Source: Candidatus Marinacidobacterales bacterium (lineage in GTDB: Bacteria; Acidobacteriota; Vicinamibacteria; Marinacidobacterales; SMYC01). Taken from it: 64,000 bases of DNA. The translations under genes and the position numbers were made by a program. Below the pieces are notes generated by a model. The model searched no databases. It was not told the DNA's origin and worked only from the letters and a program-made list of their open reading frames with translations. The stretch spans positions 8,220,911-8,284,910 of the forward strand of contig OZ253507.1 of assembly GCA_965262245.1 (NCBI GenBank), given 5' to 3'. Of this stretch, positions 20,430-29,789 are shown one piece after another. The stretch's first letter is position 1, and each line of letters starts with the position of its first letter.

Positions 20430-22270
20430 CTCCTGCGCCTAATAGTACTCCTGTTCACACCCCGTCCTGTGCCAAAACTCGGCCTTTTTGAAATAGACCA
20501 TAAATCAGCAGCTTGGTGTCTGTGTTTGCGACCGGGCCAAGGGCCGTAGGCTTTACAATCGTCTGGCCCGAGGGAGCCTCTCCAAGTTCATAAGACGCAG
20601 GTGGCGTCGTCGGGTCGCGGCGCGAAGCAGCTGATCATGGCAGGTATAAACCGCGCAATGAACGCTGGATAGACTTTTTGCGGAGCACAGGTTCCGAAAG
20701 CAACCGCCGCGCCGCTGCCAGGAGTCGATCCTTCCAGGCAACACGTTCCCGCCAGTGGTCGGGGATAGCGTTCAGGCCGTAGAGGGCGCCGGCGAGCTGC
20801 CCCGTCACTGCTGCTACCGTATCGGCGTCGTCGGCCAGGTTGGCCGCGAGCAGCACCGCGCCGCGGAAGTCTCCGGTGCGGGCGACTGACCAGATGGCGG
20901 CTTCGAGCGTGTGAACGACGTACCCGCTGGAGCGGATCGTATCCCGTGTCCGTCCTCGCCAGCTGCCGGCTATGACCTGAGTGATTGCCGCCGCTCCCGT
21001 GAACCGTCTCGGAGCCAGAACGTCCGAGAACGGTGACCCGGCGATGGCGTCTGCCAGGAGTGCGCCGAACGCCCGGCAGGCGTCCACTGCTTCCTCGGCT
21101 CCGTGGGTCGTCCGGGACTGGTCGGCGGCTGCTGCGAGCAGGCGCGGCCGGTCGTGCCTGAACCGGAGCGCAACGGGGGCGAGCCGCATCAGCGAGCCGT
21201 TGCCTGCGCTCCAGGGATCGGTCGAACCCGCGACCGGGTCACCCGTCCGTAGGTACCGGGTGAGCGCTTGGCAGGTCGTGTTTCCGATGTCGAAGCAGTC
21301 TCCGCTCCACGAGTAGTCTCCGTCTCGCCACCACTTCACGAAACGGTCCATCAGGTCCCGGCAGTCGAGCGTCTTGGATTCCGCCAGGCTGTCGGCAAGG
21401 GCCAGCGCCATGGCCGTGTCGTCGGTCCAGGCACCGGCCGGCAGATCGAACGGGCCGCCACCGACCATGTCTTCTAGACGCGGCTGCGTATCGCGAGAGC
21501 AGAATTCGAGCGTCGTGCCGACCGCGTCGCCCACCGCCAGACCGAGGAAGGCCCCGAGCGCCCGGTCGTGAATGTCGTCCGCGGTCCGGGATGGAACCGA
21601 TGGTGCTTGTGCCGAACACTGCCTCACGTGGGCCAGCTGGGAGTCGTTCTCGATGGTCCCTTCGTGGGCGTCGCGCACGCGGCGGATCGCATCGTCCGGT
21701 TGCACGCCCAACTCCACCAGCAGGCGGGCTGTGATGGTCCCGGCGCGTCCCAGACCACCCCGGCAGTGGAGCAGCACGTCGAAGCCGAGCCGCAGCCGGT
21801 TCCTGATGGACTCACCGGTGGCCTTCCAGGCGTGCTCGAAGTCCTGTTCCGGTGCCTCTCCGTCGGGAATCGGGGCATGCCACCACTCCATGTGCCGGTC
21901 TCGAACCGCCCTCGGGAGATCGTGCACCTTTAGATAGGCGATTTCTTCGTGGGTGATCAGGCTGACCACCGCAGTCGCTTCCCAGCGCTGAATCGCGTCG
22001 AGGTCGGTGTCGAGATCCCGCTTCCAGGGCCCGGATATTGCGTAGCGATCGATCCTACCGGGGCACTGCGAGAAGCCGATCCGGCCCCGGCCGTCGCCCA
22101 GGGTCATCGCCGTGATGCGGAGTGGGTGGCTCTCGCTGGTTCTTGCCGTCGGCATGGACTCTATTCTCTAACGGGGCTGTGCTCCGCAAAAAAGAAGATT
22201 GGCCAGAAGCAGCCAAACATAGTAGGTCTAGAACGTGCAATCAACGCCGGATCGATTTATTGCGGAGCAC
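20430..22270. repeat. 1.8-kb direct repeat (segmental duplication), copy 1, carrying the PTP-ARH gene
   Basis: Near-identical to 29790..31510. One edge is a family-A terminal repeat and the other a palindromic TGTGCTCCGCAA element. Confidence 0.8.
20635..22155 (-). CDS. fusion protein: N-terminal dual-specificity/PTP-like phosphatase (CX5R) plus C-terminal ADP-ribosylglycohydrolase (DraG/ARH family), copy 1
   Basis: VLLHCRGGLGRAGTI is the PTP active-site loop. ARH motifs ALGAFLGLAVGDAVGTTLEF, GAWTDDTAMALALADSL, FDIGNTT and GNGSLMRLAPVAL. C-terminus diverges at the repeat edge. Confidence 0.75.
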   Translation of the reverse strand: MPTARTSESHPLRITAMTLGDGRGRIGFSQCPGRIDRYAISGPWKRDLDTDLDAIQRWEATAVVSLITHEEIAYLKVHDLPRAVRDRHMEWWHAPIPDGEAPEQDFEHAWKATGESIRNRLRLGFDVLLHCRGGLGRAGTITARLLVELGVQPDDAIRRVRDAHEGTIENDSQLAHVRQCSAQAPSVPSRTADDIHDRALGAFLGLAVGDAVGTTLEFCSRDTQPRLEDMVGGGPFDLPAGAWTDDTAMALALADSLAESKTLDCRDLMDRFVKWWRDGDYSWSGDCFDIGNTTCQALTRYLRTGDPVAGSTDPWSAGNGSLMRLAPVALRFRHDRPRLLAAAADQSRTTHGAEEAVDACRAFGALLADAIAGSPFSDVLAPRRFTGAAAITQVIAGSWRGRTRDTIRSSGYVVHTLEAAIWSVARTGDFRGAVLLAANLADDADTVAAVTGQLAGALYGLNAIPDHWRERVAWKDRLLAAARRLLSEPVLRKKSIQRSLRGLYLP

Positions 22271-22276
22271 AACCAA

Positions 22277-23119
22277 TCAAAACGCGTAACGCAGGGACAG
22301 TCGAAGCCCGTGGTTCCTCAACTTCGCCCGTGTCGGAGCCAGTTCGAGCGCCAACGGTTCCCTGCTTCCGTCACGCCATTCGACCCGGCCCATGCCTTCG
22401 CCGGTCTCTATGACACCATAATCCGTGTAACGCCAGGCAAGATCGAGCATCGTCCGCTCGCCTCCCAACGACATCCCCAGCCCGGCTGTCAGCATCCAGG
22501 TCAAACCAGTCCGGCTGGTGCCCGGAACGATGGTCGTCGTCTTCGGGAACGTCATGCGCGTCTCACCGATTGCAACTCGAGCGGCGCCGATGCCTCCACC
22601 GATGAATGGGTTGAACAGGCCGAGCTTGCGTAAACCCAATTCCGGAAGATTGACATAAGCGGCCAGCATCCCGGACAGAGAGGATAGATCCGCGGAAACC
22701 GATTGCAGGCGTTCGGGGTCTAGGAAGTTGGCACGACCATCGAAAGTGAATCGCGGCCAGTATTCAACCAGAGCCTCCAGACTCACGGTGGGCGCAACGG
22801 CGTAACCTAGCCCAAACTCAACGCCCGCAGCCGTACTGAAGTTCCCAACCGAACGGAGCGGCGCGCCGTCGCCGCCGGTACTGCAACCATAAAGAGCAGC
22901 CGGGAAAACGCTCGAACAGTCCTCGTCGGTGAATTGGGTTTCGGCCGGGCGGTCTAGGCTGATCCCTGCTCGCAGGTAGAAGTCTTCAGCCTCGGCCGTT
23001 CCGGACAGCAGCCACGCCGCGGCCGCGCTCGAAGTCACCACCGCCGCGCGGCCCCAGTGGTTCCAAAACTTTTCTGTCCGCGTGGGTGGAGCGTCAAGAG
23101 TGCGTGTCATCTGTTTCAT
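22277..23119 (-). CDS. outer-membrane beta-barrel protein
   Basis: Signal peptide ..AAAAWLLSGTAEA. Alternating amphipathic strands. C-terminal aromatic ..LRLSLRYAF. Confidence 0.6.
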   Translation of the reverse strand: MKQMTRTLDAPPTRTEKFWNHWGRAAVVTSSAAAAWLLSGTAEAEDFYLRAGISLDRPAETQFTDEDCSSVFPAALYGCSTGGDGAPLRSVGNFSTAAGVEFGLGYAVAPTVSLEALVEYWPRFTFDGRANFLDPERLQSVSADLSSLSGMLAAYVNLPELGLRKLGLFNPFIGGGIGAARVAIGETRMTFPKTTTIVPGTSRTGLTWMLTAGLGMSLGGERTMLDLAWRYTDYGVIETGEGMGRVEWRDGSREPLALELAPTRAKLRNHGLRLSLRYAF

Positions 23120-23246
23120 GATAGGCTTAACCCTAATCGCAAAAAAAGAGAGCAAAGTAGCGCGAAAGTATTGACAAAGGAGCCTCTGGGTTTATGTTTG
23201 GAGCGTTGCTTCCAAACAAAACACCAAACGACCAGAGGCCCCTATA

Positions 23247-23723
23247 GTGCGCTTGAAACTATCTCGATTTCGCCGGAACTTCAACAAGGATCTTCCGGTC
23301 GAGTTCACAGAGCAGAACCTGAGCTCGTTTGGTGGACTGGAACTGTTTTCACGATATTTGCGCCGCGTTGAGCTAAGCCGCCGGGTAGGAAAGGCGTGCA
23401 GAGGAAAAGGCATTCGGTCGGACTACGGGAGCGTCCGACTGGTTCTGGTGTTGGTTGGGATGCTGCTCGTGGGAGCTCGTCGTCTAGAGCACCTGCAGTA
23501 TGTCTGTGATGACCCGATGCTGCTTCGCTTCTGTGGGTTGAGAAGACTACCGAGCCGTCCGACGATCGTGAATTGGCTGAAGCAATTCACGGGAGAGCGG
23601 CTCAAGGGCCTATCGGAGTTGAACGGTGTATTGGTCCACGAGCAGAACGAGCGATTGGGTCTGAACCGTCTGACGGTAGATATGGACGGCACCGTGGTTC
23701 AGGCAGGCAATCAGGTTGGATAG
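23247..23723 (+). pseudogene. IS1380/IS4-type transposase N-terminal fragment
   Basis: FTEQNLSSFGGLELFSRYL...GIRSDYGSVRLVLVLVGMLLVGARRLEHL...TVDMDGTVVQAG. Truncated by the adjacent IS. Confidence 0.55.
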
Positions 23724-23776
23724 GCGGCCAAGAGAAAACCTTCGCCGAATTGCGCAGCCAGTTCGCTCTCGACGTC

Positions 23777-25112
23777 GTAGTGTGCCAAAACCCGATCGAG
23801 CGACTCCATCATTATTAGAAGGCCATTCTCGGCGTTGAGAATGCGGAGACGGCTGTCGGGAAACGAGGCGAGCTCTGATAAGGTGCCAGCCGTCGGCAAA
23901 CTGCTTGGGAAACTATATTGGCGTTAAAGTCCGCTCACGCCGCGTCTCGATAGTAATATCGGAGCGTTCCGCCGAGGCGCTCCCGACATCGGATGCGACC
24001 GTCGGACCCCAGCGAATCCTGCGCCGAGCAGATGAGCTCGTTATCGAGACCTTGATGATTCCTCTCCAGATGATAATGGGCGACGAAAGCGCGGATACTC
24101 ACGCGGAGATGATTCTCTCCCAAGGGAATCATCCGACTAAGGCACTCGCTTTTGATGGACCGCACAAAGCGTTCGGCGTAGGCGTTCAAATTCGGACTCC
24201 TCACCGGCAGCTTCACCGTCTCCACGCCGACAGCACCGAGTGTGGCGCAGAATGATGCTGAAAAGAGCGGGTCGCGGTCGTGAATGAGAAACCGCGCGTC
24301 TCGAAGAAAACCGTCAATGGCGTCGGTCAGGTTTCTGGCCACTTGCCTCATCCAATCGTCGTAGGGCTGGTGACAGATGCCCGCGATCTCCACTCGGCGC
24401 GTCTTGAGGTCGATCACGAAGAGCACGAAGTATCGAACAAGCCCGCGAGACGTCAGCACTTCAACGGTGAAGAAGTCCGTCGCAGCTATGGCTCCCCAGT
24501 GAGCCTTCAGGAACGTACTCCAGGGCATTCGTTTACTTCGTTCATTCGCGGGCTCGATCCCATGCTCAGCGAGAATGCGCTTTACGGTGTTGCGGCCGAC
24601 GTCATGGCCGAGGTTTCGAAGAGCGCCGCAAATTCTCGTATAGCCCCAGGTTGAATTCTCGGTCGCCATCCTGACCACGAGTGCGCGTATCGTTTCCAGC
24701 ACACGAGGCCGTCCTGGCCCGCGGCGCTGGCTCCCGTCGTACTTTTTCGCGATCAGTTCTTTGTACCAGCGCAACAAGGTATCGGGCGTCACGAGATCCG
24801 CGATTTCCTTCAGGCCATCCCTACCCAACGTCCTCGCCTTCGCCGCGAGCCGCCGCCGCTGCGCATCGGTAAAACGTAGTCGGCGTCCACCCAGTTGTTC
24901 CCGAAAAACGCGATTCTCTTCTTTCAGGTATTCGATCGCGTCCTGTTGGAACCGGTTGACCCATCCGGCGAAGGCCATGACGAAGAACTGCCATAGGTAC
25001 GGTTGCATGGGTCCGGATTCTAGCCGCCCATCGAGCCCGGCGGGCTTGCTCCTGGACGCTTCAACGACCTGCCAACACTCAGCATCCGGCGTTGATCGAG
25101 TTTTGGCACACT
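23777..25112 (-). mobile_element. IS481-like insertion sequence, copy 2 (about 1.34 kb; TIR CCCCGTAGTGTGCCAAAAC(T/C)CGATC)
   Basis: CGTAGTGTGCCAAAACCCGATCGAGCG at 23777 and its reverse complement at 25085-25112. TIR is related to abundant repeat family A. Confidence 0.7.
23935..25008 (-). CDS. DDE transposase (HTH plus rve), IS481-like
   Basis: 357-aa intact ORF; ..[14 protein letters not shown].. core. Confidence 0.8.
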   Translation of the reverse strand: MQPYLWQFFVMAFAGWVNRFQQDAIEYLKEENRVFREQLGGRRLRFTDAQRRRLAAKARTLGRDGLKEIADLVTPDTLLRWYKELIAKKYDGSQRRGPGRPRVLETIRALVVRMATENSTWGYTRICGALRNLGHDVGRNTVKRILAEHGIEPANERSKRMPWSTFLKAHWGAIAATDFFTVEVLTSRGLVRYFVLFVIDLKTRRVEIAGICHQPYDDWMRQVARNLTDAIDGFLRDARFLIHDRDPLFSASFCATLGAVGVETVKLPVRSPNLNAYAERFVRSIKSECLSRMIPLGENHLRVSIRAFVAHYHLERNHQGLDNELICSAQDSLGSDGRIRCRERLGGTLRYYYRDAA

Positions 25113-25324
25113 ACGGGGTGGAAGGTACTGTCAAATTGAGATCTTAAGTTCGGAGCGGGCCTCTAGATAATGGGGCTGGGGCGCACCGCGTTGCCAACAT
25201 CTAGGTGTCGGATCGGCCCTGAATGCCTCAACTTGGCAGTAGCCAAAGGGATGCTGACTGAGAACAAGCGAGAGAACAAGGCAGTGTAGAATGCCTTCGC
25301 CAAACTGACCATTAGGAAACAAAA

Positions 25325-28300
25325 TTGCCTGACGAAAATGCTGATTTTGATGTAACGCCATTCAACGCGTTCATGGCCGAACGCATGCGATGGGCGGGAC
25401 TTCTTGTGACGATCCAAGAGATTGCTGAGGATAACAAGGCGCTTGTCCATGATCTCTCGACATACGATCCGACCGTGGCTGTTCCATTCTTAGCAGGCCT
25501 CCTGACCTTGCCTGACTATCAATCACATTGCCTTCGCCTTGAAATACTAGTTGCGTTGGCCGTGGCATACTGCCACGGTCGGAAGAAAGCGAATGTCAAC
25601 GAAGCGCAGCGCTGGTTCTCTCAGATCGGAAAATCGCAATGCACGGCCTCCGAGGATCCAGCCGAGGATGTCTTTGTTTCCCTCATCCAGGACGACCGCG
25701 GAGATTACCGACTCTTCGAAGGTGTTTGGGAAGAGGCGGGTTTCTATACCCAGCGCGTTCTTGATGTCATTGCGACGATGCCCGACAGGGGGCAATTTGG
25801 GCAGATCAAGAAAAGCGTTCGCGCGATGCTCACTATCTCTGATTTGGTGTGCGACAAAGCTAAATTACAACGCTATCAGCTCGGCTCCGATAAGCTGCAC
25901 TCCGCGCTGTCGCCACGTAAACTTCCTGGGCGAAATGCCCTGATCTCTCGCGTGACGGTTACTTTCGCTGAGCTCCAAGGGCGTGGGGTCACACATTCCG
26001 ATATCGAGCCATTCCTGTTTCGTCCGCAAATGAAGAAGGATCTCACTGCGCAGAAAATAGGATGCAGCTATTTGGACCGCTATCCACTGATCATGCAGGC
26101 GGACACGCATCTGACAGTCGCACTTCCCTCAGCGCTATCAGTCGCAACGCGGAACTACGCGATTGCCAGCATCATCGAAGGCGGATTGAGCAAGACTTTC
26201 GATGACAGACTCGCAAGGAACTATGCGAAATTGCTTAGCGATACTCCTTTACTCGGCGGCCCCACGGGCGCGCCTGTTCAGTGGGAGACAGTGGGTGAGC
26301 ACCGATGGTCCAATTTCGAACTCAAGGTCGACGAGGGATACTACATCTCCTATCACATCCTTCTGCCATCGATCCAAACGCACACTAATGGCGGTTTCCT
26401 AACCGATTATCAGGTCGAAGACGCTCTGTTCGAAACGCTGGAAAGGTCGATCGATGACGTTATCGCAAAATTAGCGAAGCAACGCGACTTCAAGGAAGGC
26501 CTGGTCATCCTCGTTCGCTCCGGTTGGGGAAAGGCTTGTGCCATTCAAAGTATCGAGTTGAATAATCCCAAATGGCGTTTCCAAAACATGTCCGCAGCTG
26601 ACCTTGTACGACTGAGCAGGTTACGCGATATGAACCCAAACTACTTTTGGCGCATTCAAGATGGGCTGGAGGCTGTGACGAAGGCTGGTGTGAAGATCGT
26701 AAATCTCAACGGCATCCTGAACCTGATCGGCTGGGTGCGCAGCAATGACGGCCATCTCGTGCCACACGCGCGGCTCCCCGACGGCAAGATCTCGCCTGAA
26801 CAACCATTGATGCTCACCCCGCCGCTTAACCTATTGAGGGAGGTACGGGCTGAATCCGACCGGAGTTACGACCGACACAGCTCGTTCGACAACACCGGGA
26901 CGTGGCACCATGTCCAACGTGTCTCCCCCAACCCGTTCTTTGACAGTGAGAGCAGCCGCCGCGTCTATGGCTCTATGGATGATCTGCGCAGCGGAGCCCT
27001 GACATCCGTTTACGAGGGTGCGTTTCGTCTCTGGATCTCTATTGCCACACCGAACATCACCCAAAGAGAGGTCACGTATCGCCTTTGGGAAATGGCCAAT
27101 GAATGGCTGCATCGCATCGGCGCTGCTCTTGATGCACGCGCTGAACGTGTGCCGGAGACACGCAATCTCAAAGTCTACGTTGATTTCCGAGATGTCGATC
27201 CACCCAAGGAGGTAGACGGAAAGCCGACGCCAGAGGAGCTCATTCCGCTCGGCGCAATCGAGGCACATAGCGAGCCGAACGCTTGCAAAGCCGTCTTCGG
27301 GGTCGGTTTTTTGAGGGGCTTCCTCATCGCTGAAAACGTCGCCGAACGCCTATTTGTTCGAAATCTCGTGCGAGCCTTCCTACTCCTTCTTGGTATGGAG
27401 AATGGCGATGGCGAGGCCGAGGCCGAGGCAATTGAGTCTCGCGTCGTTAAAAACAACGAAGCGCGCAGCTTTCACTTCTTCCACGCCCAGAAATTCATGG
27501 ACCATCTTCGGGATACACTGCCCGATGAACTCATCGCGATTGATCCTATAGACGATGGCACTGTCAAGATTGGACTGGGTTGGCGTGTTATTGGGAAAGA
27601 CCAAGGCAACAAGATCGAAGGACGGGAGGCATGCACCGGCTTTCTGGAGAAGGTCGTCGATGTCTTGTTGGACGAAGTCATCAACGCGCTTGCCACGTTC
27701 GACCGTCTTTCCACGCTCAAAAGGCTTGTGACCAATTATGAGAGAGCAAGCACCGAGGAAGACCACTGGACGCGAACATCGGCAGCCCTTCTCGGCCTGT
27801 ACGGGCACGATCCAGGAACCGTTGATCGCATTGTCAAGCAGATGTCGAAGTTTTCCGGTGCCCGTGTTACAAGCCGCATTTTGAGTGAAATTGCTTTGTG
27901 CGTCTGCCCTTCGGAAGGCGGTACCAAGTTATCCAGCATCGAAATGAGCAAATTGATCGCACGCGCTGCACTGGTTGTCCGTATTGGCGGCCTGTCTGAT
28001 GCGATCTATTACAATGCGCTTGCCCCGGAAATTAAGATCTCTCCATTGGGTGATATTCTTTTTCGAGATGAGTTTGGTGAATTGGTGGTTGAACCGATGC
28101 TATCCCACGTGATGGCGGACAGATTTATTGCCAATGCCCCGTTGCAAGATAAAAACTATGAAAAGCCAAGAATCGTAACTAATACGCGAGGGATAATCAG
28201 TAACGAGTTTTGGGATATCTGGAAAAGTGAAATGGGATTCGATATAGATGAAGCGCGCAGCATTATAGACGCTTTAGAGCATAGAGGCATCGCGGAAAAC

Positions 28301-29119
28301 ACTGCGATTCTTGAGATCACTCAAGACGAATATTTCCCATTGGTATGCTCGGATTCGGTCCCCAAAGACGCGGCCGCAAGGTTCTTGAGCCAATTCTCGC
28401 TTGCAACGCGCCAGCGGTGGCAAGATGTTCCCGGAGGCTTTGCGTCCAAGGATATCTATCCGTGGCGTTTTGATCGACGACTGTCTTTCATGACGCGCCC
28501 TATTTTGAAAGTAGACGACAGCGATAACCCCCTGTTGGTTATTCCGCCCGCCGCATTACGAAATGGCTTTGCCTATGTCGTTGATGCTGCCTATAGAGGT
28601 CGGCTCAACCGGTCCTTTTTTCGCACGAAGGAGATGAAAGATACCTGGTGGGGCAAGGCACGTGAAGGTCACAGCTTCAATTCTGAAGTCGCGCTGGCGT
28701 TGTCAGACGCTGGCTGGCAAATCCGAAAAAATATAGGACTTCCAGAACTCCTTAATCGCAAGATGGAGCGGGATTGGGGGGATATTGATGTACTTGCTTG
28801 GAGGTCGGATCGGAACCAGGTACTGGTAATCGAGTGCAAAGATCTTTCCCAGGCGCGCAACTATTCAGAGATCGCTGCATTGCTTTCTGACTACCAAGGT
28901 ATCGAAGCTGACGGAGACGCGGACAGGCTCAAGAAGCATCTCAACCGAGTCTCGCTGCTCCAGGAAAACCAAGAACAGCTTCAGCGGGTTACCAACATTC
29001 AGCGGCCTCAGATTGTTTCCTGCCTTGTTTGTAGTGGTGTCGTACCGATGCAATACGCAAAAATTGACGCGTTAGCGGACACGCACGTCGGTACGATTGA
29101 GAAGATTCTAGCCTTGTAG
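25325..29119 (+). CDS. large (1264 aa) uncharacterised protein with a C-terminal PD-(D/E)xK-like nuclease motif
   Basis: C-terminal ..SEVALALSDAGW..DWGDIDVLAWRSDRNQVLVIECKDL.. fits E..D..ExK. No Walker A or other known motif was found in the first 1080 aa. Confidence 0.6.
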   Translation: MPDENADFDVTPFNAFMAERMRWAGLLVTIQEIAEDNKALVHDLSTYDPTVAVPFLAGLLTLPDYQSHCLRLEILVALAVAYCHGRKKANVNEAQRWFSQIGKSQCTASEDPAEDVFVSLIQDDRGDYRLFEGVWEEAGFYTQRVLDVIATMPDRGQFGQIKKSVRAMLTISDLVCDKAKLQRYQLGSDKLHSALSPRKLPGRNALISRVTVTFAELQGRGVTHSDIEPFLFRPQMKKDLTAQKIGCSYLDRYPLIMQADTHLTVALPSALSVATRNYAIASIIEGGLSKTFDDRLARNYAKLLSDTPLLGGPTGAPVQWETVGEHRWSNFELKVDEGYYISYHILLPSIQTHTNGGFLTDYQVEDALFETLERSIDDVIAKLAKQRDFKEGLVILVRSGWGKACAIQSIELNNPKWRFQNMSAADLVRLSRLRDMNPNYFWRIQDGLEAVTKAGVKIVNLNGILNLIGWVRSNDGHLVPHARLPDGKISPEQPLMLTPPLNLLREVRAESDRSYDRHSSFDNTGTWHHVQRVSPNPFFDSESSRRVYGSMDDLRSGALTSVYEGAFRLWISIATPNITQREVTYRLWEMANEWLHRIGAALDARAERVPETRNLKVYVDFRDVDPPKEVDGKPTPEELIPLGAIEAHSEPNACKAVFGVGFLRGFLIAENVAERLFVRNLVRAFLLLLGMENGDGEAEAEAIESRVVKNNEARSFHFFHAQKFMDHLRDTLPDELIAIDPIDDGTVKIGLGWRVIGKDQGNKIEGREACTGFLEKVVDVLLDEVINALATFDRLSTLKRLVTNYERASTEEDHWTRTSAALLGLYGHDPGTVDRIVKQMSKFSGARVTSRILSEIALCVCPSEGGTKLSSIEMSKLIARAALVVRIGGLSDAIYYNALAPEIKISPLGDILFRDEFGELVVEPMLSHVMADRFIANAPLQDKNYEKPRIVTNTRGIISNEFWDIWKSEMGFDIDEARSIIDALEHRGIAENTAILEITQDEYFPLVCSDSVPKDAAARFLSQFSLATRQRWQDVPGGFASKDIYPWRFDRRLSFMTRPILKVDDSDNPLLVIPPAALRNGFAYVVDAAYRGRLNRSFFRTKEMKDTWWGKAREGHSFNSEVALALSDAGWQIRKNIGLPELLNRKMERDWGDIDVLAWRSDRNQVLVIECKDLSQARNYSEIAALLSDYQGIEADGDADRLKKHLNRVSLLQENQEQLQRVTNIQRPQIVSCLVCSGVVPMQYAKIDALADTHVGTIEKILAL

Positions 29120-29154
29120 TTTACTACGGCAGGGAACACTTTAGAACGGTACTG

Positions 29155-29481
29155 TCAAGTTTTCCACGGCCTGACGGCCACCCCGAATGACGTGGTGAGC
29201 TTCGCTTCGATCAGATCAGCTAGAAAAGGATTCACTTCGATAATTGTCGGATACACACCTAGGAACTGGCAGGCCAGTGCGGTCGTGCCCGATCCTCCGA
29301 ACGGGTCGACGCACCGCACGACGGGAATTTCACTTTCTTCAACGGCCCGGGCAATCAGCTCCGGTGCATAGGCCTCCTTGAAATTCCGCCATGTCTGAAA
29401 CGGTAGCTCGTCTGCGCCGGCGTTGGTCCCCAACGATGTGATCGTTCTTCCTTGCGTCCATTCCTCAAAGGTTACAAACAT
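29155..29481 (-). pseudogene. C-terminal fragment of a beta-class N4/N6 DNA methyltransferase
   Basis: FKEAYAPELIARAVE...VVRCVDPFGGSGTTALAC has motif I. The DPPY/NPPY half is absent upstream. Stop codon lies inside a solo IS6 end. Confidence 0.6.
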
Positions 29482-29789
29482 TACTTTCCGCCTTCAAGAC
29501 GCGATATGGACTGCGTGCGTTCCTGAGTTTCTCGTTGAGCACTGCGTCGCCGCAGGCCAAAGTCGAAGTTGGGGAACTAGCGGCTTCGTTTCATTCAAGA
29601 TAGTGGGCGAAGCGGACGTTTGCTGCGCCCGGCGGCCTATTCTAAGGATTCGACCTGTGATCCGCAAAAAAGAAGATCGCGAATTGACGGGCAGACAGCC
29701 ATGGGAGTTGAGGTCCTGCGAACTCGTCTTCGCCTCGGTGGAGATTCTGCACTCTGTCGCTGCCGGGCCACCGACGCAATAACGTGCTT

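Noticed and set aside
20970-21940. Multiple 60-190-aa ORFs on both strands inside the ARH-fusion genes (also 30225-31180)
   Set aside because: They overlap the strongly supported ARH coding frame. High GC content yields long open antisense frames. No independent motif.
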